Assembly: GCA_963832055.1 (NCBI GenBank)
Contig: CAWHST010000005.1
Location: 484,285 to 548,284 of the forward strand
Origin: an uncultured Gemmatimonadales bacterium
GTDB lineage: Bacteria > Gemmatimonadota > Gemmatimonadetes > Gemmatimonadales > GWC2-71-9
Length of the DNA: 64,000 bases
Reading direction: 5' to 3'
The notes beneath the pieces are model-generated. The model had not been told where the DNA came from. It ran no database searches and was given only the letters and a program-made list of their open reading frames with translations. The position numbers and the translations under genes are program-made. This document shows, piece after piece, positions 9,497 through 19,083 of the stretch (its first letter is position 1; the number at the start of each line of letters is the position of its first letter).

Positions 9497-9612
9497 GGCG
9501 GAACGGCGGAACGGCGGAACGGCGAACGGCGGAACGGCGGAAGGTTCCTTGGACGACCGGGGTCCGCTTCCAGCGACACGCTTCCGCCGTTCCGCCGTTC
9601 CGCCGTTCCGCC
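9497..9612. repeat. Composite hairpin repeat, family A copy 1: (GGCGGAAC)x6 arm, 36-nt loop, (GTTCCGCC)x4 arm
   Basis: Left arm 9497-9544 consists of tandem octamers GGCGGAAC (one unit is 7 nt). Right arm 9581-9612 is its reverse complement. It sits between the stop of the GAF gene (9620) and the start of the hydrolase gene (9475). A second copy is at 23581-23687. Confidence 0.9.
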
Positions 9613-9619
9613 AGTCGCA

Positions 9620-10075
9620 CTACAGCAGGACACCCAGTGCGTCCGCCACTCCCCGCACCTGCGCCTCCTCCTCCGCGCTGAACGGATCGGGCTCGTCGCT
9701 GTCCACGTCGATCTGGCCGAGGATCTTGTCTCCGCGGCGGATCAGGACCACCAGCTCGGATCGCGTCCAGGTGTTGCAGGCGAGGTAGTTCTGCACCGCC
9801 CGCACGTCCGGTACGTTCTGATCCTTCCCCGTGGCGACGGCCGTGCCGCAGACGCCGGTCCCCACCGGGATCCTGGTGTGCTCGGTGTCGCGTCCGGCGA
9901 ACGCCTCGAGCACCAGCTCCTCGCCGTGGAGCATGTAGAGATAGACCGACGTGTACGGCGGGCCGGCCGCGCGGATCTTCTCGGCCGCCGTGCGCAACAG
10001 CTCGACGCGCCCCACCTCGCGGGCGAAGGCGCCGCGCAGTGCCGCGATCACTTTGTCCGCGTTCAATACGGCCAT
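9620..10075 (-). CDS. GAF domain protein, free methionine-(R)-sulfoxide reductase-like (MsrC/YebR family)
   Basis: Last 151 aa of the spurious 720-aa ORF 9620..11782. MAVLNADKV...IPVGTGVCGTAVATGKDQNVPDVRAVQNYLACNTWTRSELVVLI...LGQIDVDS matches the single-GAF fRMsr pattern. ATG at 10073-10075. Confidence 0.8.
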   Translation of the reverse strand: MAVLNADKVIAALRGAFAREVGRVELLRTAAEKIRAAGPPYTSVYLYMLHGEELVLEAFAGRDTEHTRIPVGTGVCGTAVATGKDQNVPDVRAVQNYLACNTWTRSELVVLIRRGDKILGQIDVDSDEPDPFSAEEEAQVRGVADALGVLL

Positions 10076-10077
10076 CC

Positions 10078-11379
10078 CTACCCTCCCCTGGTGCCGAGCG
10101 TGGCGCGCACGGTGGTGACCTGGCTGCCCCGGCGGATCACGATGCTGACCGTGTCGCCGGGCTCGTGGCTTCGGAGGGCATTGGTCATCGCCTGGAGATC
10201 GGGAATCTCGAGATCGCCGATCCGGGTGATGATGTCGTCCCCTCGGAGCCCGGCCTTCTCGGCCGGGCTCCCGGCGCGGACGCCGAGGAGGCGGACCCCG
10301 CCGGGATTGTCGGTCATGTCGGGGATGGTGCCCAGGTAGGTGCCGTAGGCCGGCGACGCCGTGGCGGTGCTGTGCGCGGGCGGTGTGGCGTCCACCGGCG
10401 TCAGCTTGGTGGGACGGTTGGCCAGGGCGGTCACCAGGCCCATGGTGAAGTTGGAGACGCGGCGGAATCCCTCCGGATCGATCCGCTGCCAGTCGTCGGT
10501 GGTCCGGTGATAGTCGTCGTGCAGGTCGGTGAACACGTGCAGCACCGGCCGGCCGGCGGCGTAGAAGGACGACTGGTCGCTGGGCCCGTACCCGTCGCCC
10601 TGCGCCTTCAGATCGAACCCCGCATGCCAGTTGAGCGAGTCGAGCAGCGCCGGAAATTCCTTGGCCGTCCGGGCGCCGTAGACGATCAGCCGCCCCTTCC
10701 TGAGCCGACCGACCATGTCGAGGTTGATCATCGCGATGGTGGCGCTCAGGGGATACAGCGGTTGCTTCACGTAGTGGGCGGAGCCGAGCAGGCCCAGCTC
10801 CTCGCCGCTGAAGGCGATGAAGAGCACGGTGCGCGCCGGCGGGGATTGCGCCAGCCGGGCGGCGATCTGAATCAGCATCGCGGCGCCCGAGGCGTTGTCG
10901 TCGGCGCCGTTGTGCACCTTGCCGGCGCTGTCGGGATCGAGACTGCCGAAGCCGCCGAGACCGAGGTGGTCGTAGTGCGCGCCTACGATCACGGTCTCGT
11001 TGCGAAGCACGGGATCGTGCCCGGGGAGGAGTCCGATCACGTTCTTGCCGACCAGGCCTCCCACCCGAGCCGACTGTGCCACCGGCGCTTCCTTGGCCAC
11101 GGTGAACGACTGGTACCAGCCGCCGACGGCGGGCTGGAGCCCGGCCTGCTCGAAGCGCCGGGCCAGGTATGCCGCCGCGGAATCGGCGCCCGACGTTCCC
11201 GTCATCCTTCCGCCCAGCCGGTCGTCGCTGAGATAGCGGATGTCGTCCAGGGCCGTGATCGGTGGTGGCGCCGGCCGCTCCACCGGGTGCTGCTGAGTGC
11301 CGAACTGGGCAGGCAGCGCGGCGGGGAAGGCGGCCAGCACCAGCCACGCCAAGGCGATCGCGAACTTCTCTCGGGTCAT
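10078..11379 (-). CDS. M28 family aminopeptidase with C-terminal PDZ domain, secreted
   Basis: 433-aa ORF. Signal peptide FAIALAWLVLAAFPAALPAQ, M28 metal motifs GAHYDHLG, NGADDNASG and FSGEELGLLGS, then a PDZ-like GVRAGSPAEKAGLRGDDIITRIGD. Confidence 0.88.
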   Translation of the reverse strand: MTREKFAIALAWLVLAAFPAALPAQFGTQQHPVERPAPPPITALDDIRYLSDDRLGGRMTGTSGADSAAAYLARRFEQAGLQPAVGGWYQSFTVAKEAPVAQSARVGGLVGKNVIGLLPGHDPVLRNETVIVGAHYDHLGLGGFGSLDPDSAGKVHNGADDNASGAAMLIQIAARLAQSPPARTVLFIAFSGEELGLLGSAHYVKQPLYPLSATIAMINLDMVGRLRKGRLIVYGARTAKEFPALLDSLNWHAGFDLKAQGDGYGPSDQSSFYAAGRPVLHVFTDLHDDYHRTTDDWQRIDPEGFRRVSNFTMGLVTALANRPTKLTPVDATPPAHSTATASPAYGTYLGTIPDMTDNPGGVRLLGVRAGSPAEKAGLRGDDIITRIGDLEIPDLQAMTNALRSHEPGDTVSIVIRRGSQVTTVRATLGTRGG

Positions 11380-11396
11380 ATCGGAAAATACCCCGC

Positions 11397-12464
11397 TCAG
11401 CGGGGCACGAAATCGGTATCGGGGGTGAGGCGCCGGGCGAAGGCGGCGAGCAGCTTCGCCGTGCGGTCGATGTCCTCCAGCGCCACCATCTCGTTCGGGC
11501 TGTGCATGTATCGATTCGGCACCGAGACCAGCGCCGTGGCCACGCCGCGGTGGGCGTTGAAGATCGCCTCGGCGTCGGTGTGGGTGTCGCGCGACGCCGC
11601 TTCGATGGTGTAGGGAATCCCCTCGGCCTCCGCCGTGGCCGCAAGGAGGTCGAAGACGACCTCGCTGACCGATGCCCCTCGGGAGAGCACCGGCCCGCCG
11701 CCCAGCCGATAGTCACCGTGGCGCCGCTTCTCCACCCCGGGATAATCGGTGGCGTGGGTGACGTCCACCACGATGGCGACATCGGCCTCGAGCGCCACCG
11801 CCGAGCTCCGGGCCCCGCCGCCGGTCGCCGCGATCTCCTCCCTCGTCGTCGCCACGGCGCTCACGGCCGCCGCCGGCCGACCGCCGGCGAGCATCCGCAC
11901 CGCCTCCAGGACCACGAAGGCGCCGATCCGGTTGTCGATGCTCCGGCTGACCAGCCGGCCGTTGGGAAACTCCAGCACACCCGCCGCGAGGACGCCGGGA
12001 TCGCCGATGCGAAGTCGCCCCTCCGCTTCCGCCCGGTTCGCGGCGCCGATATCGATCCACAGGTCCTCGACCTTGGAGACCTTCTCCCGGTCGTCCTTGT
12101 CCATGATGTGGATCGCCTTCTTGCCGACCACGCCGGCCACCGGGCCACCGCGACCGAGCAGGTGTATTCGCTGCCCGACGAACACCTGGTGATCCCAGCC
12201 ACCGATGGTGTCGAAGCTCAGGAAGCCATCGTCGTCGATATGGGTGACCATCACCCCGATCTCGTCGATGTGACCCGCCAGCATCACACGCGGCCGGCCG
12301 CCGGGATTGACGGTCGCGTAGGAGTTACCCCCCACGTCCGCCCGAACCTCGTCGGCGAAGGACTGCGCCTCCTTCCGCCAGGCGCGCGCCGGCGCGGCTT
12401 CAAAGGAGGACGGGCCCGGGGTGTCGAGCAGGGACTTGAGAAAGGCGAGGGATTCGGGGGTCAT
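11397..12464 (-). CDS. M42 family metallopeptidase (FrvX/endoglucanase-like aminopeptidase)
   Basis: ORF 11397..12488. MTPESLAFLKSLLDTPGPSSFE, AGHIDEIG and DNRIG motifs. ATG at 12462-12464 is preferred over TTG 12488. Confidence 0.85.
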   Translation of the reverse strand: MTPESLAFLKSLLDTPGPSSFEAAPARAWRKEAQSFADEVRADVGGNSYATVNPGGRPRVMLAGHIDEIGVMVTHIDDDGFLSFDTIGGWDHQVFVGQRIHLLGRGGPVAGVVGKKAIHIMDKDDREKVSKVEDLWIDIGAANRAEAEGRLRIGDPGVLAAGVLEFPNGRLVSRSIDNRIGAFVVLEAVRMLAGGRPAAAVSAVATTREEIAATGGGARSSAVALEADVAIVVDVTHATDYPGVEKRRHGDYRLGGGPVLSRGASVSEVVFDLLAATAEAEGIPYTIEAASRDTHTDAEAIFNAHRGVATALVSVPNRYMHSPNEMVALEDIDRTAKLLAAFARRLTPDTDFVPR

Positions 12465-12513
12465 GGCCTGTACGATGGCGAACGCCAAAGGTCGCGCGAG
12501 TCGTGCGCCTTGT

Positions 12514-12996
12514 CTACCCCCGCGGAGAGCGGAGGTCGAGCTCCAGGAACCGGGTACCGACGACCGGGTTGTGCCGGTACGCCGGGATCTCCCGAAACCC
12601 CATGGCGACGTAGAGGCCCAGCGCGGCGCGCATGGTCGGGAGGGTGTCGAGCCGCATGCGCTCGTATCCCGCCGCCCGTGCCTCCTGCACGACCCTCTCG
12701 GTCAGACGCCGCCCCCAACCGCCTCCTCGGACCGAGGGCCGGACGTACAGCCGCTTCATCTCCGAGACTCCCGGCTCCAGTGGCCGGAATGCAACGCAGC
12801 CGGCTGGCTCCTGGCCTTGGAAGCCGAGCAGCAGGCCGCCGGCCGGTCGAGCGTAGTCACCGGGCAGTCCGGCCAGCTCCTCCTCGAAGCCCTGAAACGA
12901 CAGGTCCAGCTCCAGCGAGGCCGCGTACTCCAGGAACAGCCGCCGGACCAGTGCCAGCGCCTCGGCACCCTCCGCCTCCACGATTCTACTCTCCAT
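12514..12996 (-). CDS. GNAT family N-acetyltransferase
   Basis: ORF 12514..13062. Acetyl-CoA motif [17 protein letters not shown]. Internal ATG (MESRIV) at 12996 overlaps the upstream stop by 11 nt. Confidence 0.8.
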   Translation of the reverse strand: MESRIVEAEGAEALALVRRLFLEYAASLELDLSFQGFEEELAGLPGDYARPAGGLLLGFQGQEPAGCVAFRPLEPGVSEMKRLYVRPSVRGGGWGRRLTERVVQEARAAGYERMRLDTLPTMRAALGLYVAMGFREIPAYRHNPVVGTRFLELDLRSPRG

Positions 12997-13876
12997 CGCC
13001 AGCCCACCGCACCATCCCGGGGGATTCTCGTCCCTCGAAGGCTCCCTGGAGGAGCTCGGCACCGTCCACCACTCGCGGGCCCGATCGGGAAGTGTAGGCG
13101 TTACCGTCGAGGACCCATACCGGCGTCGACCCCAAGGTGGAGCGGGCCGCGGCCGAATCGAGCGCGGAGAGCTCCGCGAGTGCGCGCTCCACGCCGAAGC
13201 CGCAGAGCATGATCACGAAACAGTCGGCCCGGAGTCCGGGAAGCTCGGACCACTCCCGCCGGGCAGAATGAGTCCCCGCGTCCGCCCCCACGTCTTGGCC
13301 GCCGGCGGCCTCCACCATCTCGGGCACCCAATGGCCTGCCAGGTAGAGCGGCTCCAGCCATTCGATGCACACCACTCGCGCGGGGCGACCACGGCGGCGG
13401 GCACGCAGTCGCGCGAGGCGGCTCTTGAGCCCGGCGACCAGCTCGTCTCCATCAGGCGCGAGATCGAGCGCCTTCGCCACGGACCGTATATCGGCCCAGA
13501 TCCCTTCGATCGTGCGACCGCAGAGCGCCAGCACGGCAGGCGCCGGGTGCACCGCCGCCGCGAGCCGGTGGACTTCTCCATCGGCCACGGCGCAAACCTC
13601 GCAGAGATCCTGGGTGACGAGCAGGTCGGGAGCCAGCCGGCGGAGCATGTCGGCGTCGACCCCGATGACCGGCATGCCGGCACCGTGCAGCCGCCGGACC
13701 GCGGCATCGATGGCGCCGCCGACGGCGTCTGAATCGATCGGAGTGGCCGTGACCCGCGGCAGGCCGAGGACCGAAGCGGGATGATCGCACTGGTGGGAGA
13801 TCCCGACCAGGCTGCCGGCGCCGCCCAGCGCCGCCACGATTTCGGTGGCGGCGGGCAACAGAGTCACCACCCGCAT
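12986..13876 (-). CDS. Periplasmic-binding-protein-like (class III, BtuF/FhuD type) cobalamin/siderophore-binding family protein, no signal peptide
   Basis: Intact 296-aa [22 protein letters not shown]...[15 protein letters not shown]...[20 protein letters not shown] is typical of the PF01497-type fold. The N-terminus starts directly in the first beta strand. Confidence 0.7.
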   Translation of the reverse strand: MRVVTLLPAATEIVAALGGAGSLVGISHQCDHPASVLGLPRVTATPIDSDAVGGAIDAAVRRLHGAGMPVIGVDADMLRRLAPDLLVTQDLCEVCAVADGEVHRLAAAVHPAPAVLALCGRTIEGIWADIRSVAKALDLAPDGDELVAGLKSRLARLRARRRGRPARVVCIEWLEPLYLAGHWVPEMVEAAGGQDVGADAGTHSARREWSELPGLRADCFVIMLCGFGVERALAELSALDSAAARSTLGSTPVWVLDGNAYTSRSGPRVVDGAELLQGAFEGRESPGMVRWAGDGE

Positions 13877-14303
13877 TCAACGCTCGATCAGTCGGCTCGG
13901 CCGGAAGTTTCCGAAGAGAAGCAGTCCCGTGAGCGTGGCAAGCAACGTCCGGAAGTCCTGAGTCAGGGTATAGGCGACCAGCCCGAGGAGTGTCGGGGCT
14001 TCGACCAGGGCCCAGACCACCACGGCCTTGCCCAGGTTCACCCGCCACCACTCGTCTTGCGACATCCCCGGCGCCGGACGGCCGAGCCGGTTGGCGGTGA
14101 ACATCGCGGCGCCGAAGAGTGTCGCGCTTACCAGGAACAGCGCGATATACGAGCACCCGGCGGTCCGGCAGCGCGTACACCGGCATCGCCGAAGCCCGTC
14201 CCAGGGACCACGCGACGAGACAGAACATCAGGACGCCGATCACCAAGGCCGCGTGAATGATCCTGGCGTTGATCCTGGGCGAGACGGGCGCGCGTGGCGC
14301 CAC
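13877..14303 (-). CDS. Small multi-pass membrane protein, frame-disrupted near 14140
   Basis: N-terminus from ORF 13452..14303 (MAPRAPVSPRINARIIHAALVIGVLMFCLVAW...ALPDRRVLVY). C-terminus from ORF 13877..14104 (IALFLVSATLFGAAMFTAN...TLLGLVAYTL...). The two halves join across a 1-nt shift at the tatat/cgcg run. GTG 14301-14303 follows the OPT stop. Confidence 0.55.
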
Positions 14304-14304
14304 C

Positions 14305-16497
14305 TCAGCGGCTCGCGACGCGATAGAGCACGAAGCCGAGCCCGGCGAATATCGCCAGCGCGATCAGGTCGCTCTGGGCGACCGGGCCCAGCGTCTCCTG
14401 GAGTCCGACGATATGAGCCAGGTATTCCGCCGCCGGGACCTGCGCCGCGTCCGCCTTGGCCACCAGGGCCGCGGCGATGCCCGCGATCGTGATTCCCGCG
14501 ATCGCGCCGCCCGCGATGAGACCGCTGGAGAAGAGCACTCCCGGTCCCGACTCGACCTGGGCGATGGACTCGCCGACGCCGGCTCGCCGGCGCTCGACCA
14601 GCCAGCGGATGATCCCCCCGGCGAACATCGAGGCCGAAGTCGAGATCGGGAGGTAGACCCCGACGGCGATCGGCAGCGACTGGAGGCCCATCAGCTCGAT
14701 CGCGATGGTGAGGCAGACGCCGATCAGCACCAGGCCCCAGGGCAGCTTCTGGGTGAGGATGCCGTCGGTCACCAGCGCCATGATCGTCGCCTTGGGAGAA
14801 TCGAGCTTGGTGATGGGGCGGCCGTCGATCTCCCGGATCCTTCCGCCGATGCCGGGATCCACCAGGTACGCGACCTCCTTGGTGGCGGGGTCGAGCAGAT
14901 ACTTCCCGGGCTGAACGCCGTCGGTCGGCAGGTTGACCCGCACGACTTCCCACTCCTGGCCGTCGTGCCGCACCGTCTCGCCGAGGGTGGTGACCGAGCG
15001 GTCTCGGGCGCCGGGTGCCGCCGCGGCGAGGGTCACGCCGGGATGCCGCTCGGGGACGATGGTGGTGTAGGTGTTGTTGAGCAGCGCGAGGGTCCAGCCG
15101 ATCGCAAGGGCCGAGGTGACCGCGCCCACCAGGATCGCGATCTGCTGCCGGCGCGGCGTGGCGCCGACCAGGAACCCGGTCTTGAGGTCCTGGCTGGTCG
15201 CTCCGGCGTTGGCCGCCGCGACCGCGATGACGCCGGCGATGGTGATGGCTCCGACCCGGTGATCCACGCCGGTCCAGCCGATGAGCAGGAAGATGGCCGC
15301 CGTCCCGATGAGTGCGGCGATGGTCATCCCGGAGATCGGATTGGCGCTGACGCCGATCTCACCGGTGATCCGGGACGAGACCACGACGAAGAAGAAGCCG
15401 AAGATCACGATCAGCACGGCGCCCAGCAGGTTCACGGCGAGCTGCGGCAGCATGGTGAGGATCAGCGCCAACACCACGGCGCCGACCGGGGTCACCCAGA
15501 TGGGGAGGTCGGTGTCGGTGCGGAGGCGGGTCGCGGCCTCGCCCACGCTGCCCCGCAGGTCCTCGAACCCGGAGCGAAACGCCGCCACGATGGTCGGAAG
15601 CGAGCGCACCAGCGCGATGATCCCGGCGGTGGCGACCGCGCCGGCCCCGATATAGAAGACGAAATAGGCCCTCACCTCGCCGGGACTCATGTCGCCGATG
15701 AGCTTGGGCTCGGCGAAGATGGGCTCGGTGAGACCGGATCCGAAAAGCTTGATCGCCGGGATCAGCACCATGTACGCCATGAAGCCGCCGGCGAAGAGGT
15801 ACCCGGCGATGCGGGGACCGATGATGTACCCGACGCCCATCAGCTCGGGAGAGACCTCCGCCGAAATGGACGCGCCTTGGTACGACCGGGAGACCCATCC
15901 CGGATACTCCTTCCACCCCCGGAGCCCCGCCATCAGGAACTTGTAGGCGAACGCGATTCCGAACGCCTGGAACAGCCGCCGGGCCTGGAGCCCGCCCTTC
16001 TCGCCCGCCACCAGCACTTCGGCGCAGGCCGTGCCTTCCGGGTAGGTGAGCCGGCCGTGCTCCTTCACGATGAGCGCGCGCCGCAGCGGGATCATCAGCA
16101 GCACGCCCAGGACGCCGCCGACCACCGCCACGATCGCCACCTTCCCGACCGTCAGGTCGTAGCCCAGGAGCAGGATGGCGGGCAGGGTGAAGACGATGCC
16201 GGCGGCGATCGATTCGCCGGCCGAGCCGGTGGTCTGGACGATGTTGTTCTCGAGGATGGTGGACTTGCCCAGCGTTCTGAAGAAGGCCACCGCGAGGACG
16301 GCGATCGGGATCGAGGCCGACACCGTGAGGCCGATCTTGAGCGCCAGGTAGACGCTCGAGGCGGCGAAGACGATGCCAAGGATGGCCCCCAGCGCCACGG
16401 CTCTGACGGTCAGCTCGGCCGGGGACTGGCTCGCGGGGACGAACGGCTGGAATCCCGGTGCCTCGGGCTTGGGGCGGGAGACGGATGCGGTCGCCAT
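14305..16497 (-). CDS. OPT family oligopeptide transporter
   Basis: Intact ORF 14305..16572 with more than 14 hydrophobic segments and an OPT-type N-terminus (ELTVRAVALGAILGIVFAASSVYLALKIGLTVSASIP). ATG (MATASV) at 16495-16497 is preferred; 16572 is possible. Confidence 0.88.
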   Translation of the reverse strand: MATASVSRPKPEAPGFQPFVPASQSPAELTVRAVALGAILGIVFAASSVYLALKIGLTVSASIPIAVLAVAFFRTLGKSTILENNIVQTTGSAGESIAAGIVFTLPAILLLGYDLTVGKVAIVAVVGGVLGVLLMIPLRRALIVKEHGRLTYPEGTACAEVLVAGEKGGLQARRLFQAFGIAFAYKFLMAGLRGWKEYPGWVSRSYQGASISAEVSPELMGVGYIIGPRIAGYLFAGGFMAYMVLIPAIKLFGSGLTEPIFAEPKLIGDMSPGEVRAYFVFYIGAGAVATAGIIALVRSLPTIVAAFRSGFEDLRGSVGEAATRLRTDTDLPIWVTPVGAVVLALILTMLPQLAVNLLGAVLIVIFGFFFVVVSSRITGEIGVSANPISGMTIAALIGTAAIFLLIGWTGVDHRVGAITIAGVIAVAAANAGATSQDLKTGFLVGATPRRQQIAILVGAVTSALAIGWTLALLNNTYTTIVPERHPGVTLAAAAPGARDRSVTTLGETVRHDGQEWEVVRVNLPTDGVQPGKYLLDPATKEVAYLVDPGIGGRIREIDGRPITKLDSPKATIMALVTDGILTQKLPWGLVLIGVCLTIAIELMGLQSLPIAVGVYLPISTSASMFAGGIIRWLVERRRAGVGESIAQVESGPGVLFSSGLIAGGAIAGITIAGIAAALVAKADAAQVPAAEYLAHIVGLQETLGPVAQSDLIALAIFAGLGFVLYRVASR

Positions 16498-16709
16498 GCG
16501 TTCCGGTGGGTGGAAGGTGTCAGGATAGTACGGCCATCGAGGGCAGGCGGGAAGGCACCCGGAGGCCGTCACCCGGTGAAACGGGTCGGAGTCTCGCCTG
16601 GCGGGTGAGGGTGATCACCGCAGGGCAACGGGTTTCTTGCTAAGCGTGTTACGACCGGCTCGCGCCGGTCAAGCGACTCACAGTCATTTCACCCGCCTGG
16701 GAGGCCGGT

Positions 16710-16858
16710 ATGCTCTGGACGATCTTCGTGATCTTGCTGGTGCTGTGGCTGCTGGGAATGGTGTCGTCCTACACGATGGGCGGGTTCATTCACATCCTGC
16801 TGTCGTCGCGCTGGCGATCGTCCTCATTCGGGTGATCCAAGGACGCCGCCCAGTATGA
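16710..16858 (+). CDS. lmo0937-family small membrane protein, 1-nt frame disruption near 16800
   Basis: MLWTIFVILLVLWLLGMVSSYTMGGFIHILL continues in another frame as VVALAIVLIRVIQGRRPV*, which is the typical family ending. ATG 16710; the stop at 16856-16858 forms ATGA with the next gene. Confidence 0.75.
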
Positions 16859-17075
16859 AGCCGGGATCGATCCTCGGGATCATCCTGATCGTGATCGGCT
16901 CGTCGGGATTCGCCCTGGGCGGCTTCTCCTTCACCAAGAAGGAAAAGGTGCTCGACGTGGGCCCGATCGAGGCGACCGCCGACGAGAAGAAGTCGGTCCC
17001 GATCCCCCGCTGCTCGCCGGCCTCGCGCTGGTGAGCGGCGTCGTGCTCGTGGCCGTCAGCGCCCGCAAGGCGTAG
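16855..17075 (+). CDS. Small membrane protein (two TM segments), frame disruption in the C-run near 17004-17008
   Basis: MKPGSILGIILIVIGSSGFALGGFSFTKKEKVLDVGPIEATADEKKSVPIP, then after a 1-nt shift, PLLAGLALVSGVVLVAVSARKA*. Too short for the ORF track. Confidence 0.65.
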
Positions 17076-17098
17076 CAATCGCGCTGCAATCGTAGAAA

Positions 17099-17124
17099 AG
17101 GCCGCGGGCGTCCACCCGCGGCCT
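17099..17124. terminator. GC-rich hairpin between convergent genes, probably a bidirectional terminator
   Basis: aGGCCGCGGG-cgtcca-CCCGCGGCCt, a 10-bp stem. Flanked by aaaa on the plus strand, which is a T-run for the minus-strand dacB transcript. Confidence 0.6.
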
Positions 17125-17151
17125 GTCGTACGCTTTCCCCTCGACCAGCGC

Positions 17152-18742
17152 TCAGCGGGTCCGCGACGCTGTCCGCCACCGCTGGGGCTGTCGCCGCCCA
17201 TGCCGGGCGGCCTTCCTCGTCGCCGCCCATCTGCACCGGCGGCGCGCGGGGTGCTGTCGGTCGGAATGACGACGCCATCGGCGCCGAGATCGCGGAAAAG
17301 CTGCCATTGCGCCTGGCGCGCGGCCCAGGGGCGCCGTCCGTTGTACATCAGCGAGACCAGCAGCACGCCGTCGGCCCCGCCGAGATATCCGACCACGGTG
17401 GAGACCTGTCCCAGCGTCCCGGTCTTGGCCCGAACGACACCCTCACCGGGGAAGCCGGTATTGAGTCGGCGCAGGGTGCCGGTGCCGTTGGCCGGCAGCA
17501 GCTGGGGGAAGTTCAGCCCGGCGGCCGTGCCCGGGAACTTGGCGAGGTAGGAGATGAAGGCCGAGGGCGCGACCCGGTCGTCGTAGGAGAGACCGCTGCC
17601 GTCGGTCAGGTACACGCCGTCGCTCGATCCGATGACCTCGCGGACATGCTGGGTGAGCCGCTCGGGCGCCCGTTCCCGGCCGCCGGCCCACTGGAGCAGC
17701 AGCTCGGCGCCGAGATTGAGGCTCCGGCGGTTGATCTCGCTCGCCAGCGAATCGAGCGACGCGGAGGCCACCTCGGCGAGGATCTGCGGGCGCCCCTCGG
17801 GCGGCGCGCCGATGTAGGGCGCCCGGTTCCAGGAGATGCCGGCCCGCGCGAGGGCCGAGCCCCAGACCGCGTTGAGGACCACCTTGGGATCGGACGCCAC
17901 CGCGGTGAGCCGGCGCCGGGAGGCGCGCACGCCGATGGTGCCGCTCACGATCCAGCCCCCGTCCTTCCGCCGGCTGAGGCCGAGGCGCGATCGCCGGCCC
18001 GCCTTGGTGGTGGCGGTGACGGTCACCAGCGAGGTGATGCCCTCGGGAGCGGTCTCGACCAGAACGGCTTTGCGCCCGACCTTGGTTCCCGGGCGCACGG
18101 TGATCCAGACGATGTTCTCGTGCAGCGTGAGCGGGCCGACCGGGCGGCGCGAACAGACGGCCGCGGTGGCGGCTGGACCAGGCGGCGGGATAGATCGCGT
18201 TGGCCGGTCCGTCGGCGCTCTGGACCTGAAGCGGTCCGGTCAGCTTCCTGATGCCGCCGCTCGCCAGCTGGAGCGCCAGGTCGTACAGGGTCGGCCCGGA
18301 GCCCTGCGCCCGCTCGAGGGTCGGGATCGCCGTTCAGCTCCAGCGCCCAGGTCCCCACCCAGGCACCGGTCTCCGGGTCCACGTCCGCCGATGCCCGATC
18401 GACTCGGGTGGAGCGTCGCGCCGTTCCACCCAGCACGCTCCGCGCGAACCCGGTGGTGAACAGCTTGACGGTCGAGGCCGGGACCATCGGCTCGTCCGGA
18501 TTCATGCTCCAGAGCATCCGGCCGGTCTCATCCGCGACGGCGATGCCCCACTGGCCGGGCGCGCGGCGCGACGGCGGTCTCGTACCACGCAGCCAGCCGG
18601 CCGGCGAGGACGCCCGCCGGCAGGAGCGAGAGCCACGGGAGCTCTGCGCGGCCACCGGGCCGCTGGGAGCGAGCAATGCGGAAGCCAAGGCCAGGCCCGC
18701 GGCGGAACGACTGAACGACAGAGTCGGCAAGTGCAATCCCAT
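17152..18742 (-). CDS. dacB: D-alanyl-D-alanine carboxypeptidase/endopeptidase, PBP4 (S13) family, with at least 4 frame disruptions; the 3' end is uncertain
   Basis: Pieces come from ORFs 18023..19093 and 16824..18098 plus a third frame. Signal peptide MGLHLPTLSFSRSAAGLALASALLAPSGPVAAQ, active-site SxxK (PASTVKLFTT), TLYDLALQLASGGIRKLTGPLQV, SGLSYDDRV, and KTG motif RAKTGTL. Shifts near 18600-18650, 18325 and 18140. The long ORF tail past about 17150 is antisense to the small membrane genes and is rejected. Confidence 0.75.
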
Positions 18743-19083
18743 GAATGCGATTCTTGGCAGCGTGCGAAAATGTGGGGCGGTCCGGCCGGCTATTGCGGCG
18801 CAGGCCACGAAGAAGCCCCGCAGGAATCTCTCCAGCCCAGCACTCGATGTCAAGCTTAAGACCGGACCCTGCAGAGGGTTATGACGCTGGGCCAGGGTCC
18901 GTCGCACCCGGTCGGCAGGGAGCCCGGTCCGCGACTCGGACCATGCTAGAGCAAGTACCAGGCCGGTCGTCCGTCGGATCTGGTGAGCCAAGTCACGGCT
19001 GTGCATGGGGCTGCCGGTACCCTCAAAGCGGGTGATGGTGAGCAAAACTCGACAGCTCGCGATGACGACTTCAGGAGGGTCCC

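Noticed and set aside
9497-9544. Tandem GGCGGAAC units (and GTGAAAA units at 47612 and 58921) as a possible CRISPR array or coding repeat
   Set aside because: The units are contiguous with no spacers and are only 7-8 nt long. They are mirrored by a complementary arm. No cas genes are present. The RNGGTAE-type translations are artefacts.
9620-11782. 720-aa minus-strand ORF, the longest in this region
   Set aside because: Only its last 151 aa (the GAF protein) look real. The remainder is Arg/Pro/Gly-rich low-complexity sequence that overlaps the well-supported M28 and M42 peptidase genes in other frames. This is a typical spurious open frame for high-GC DNA.
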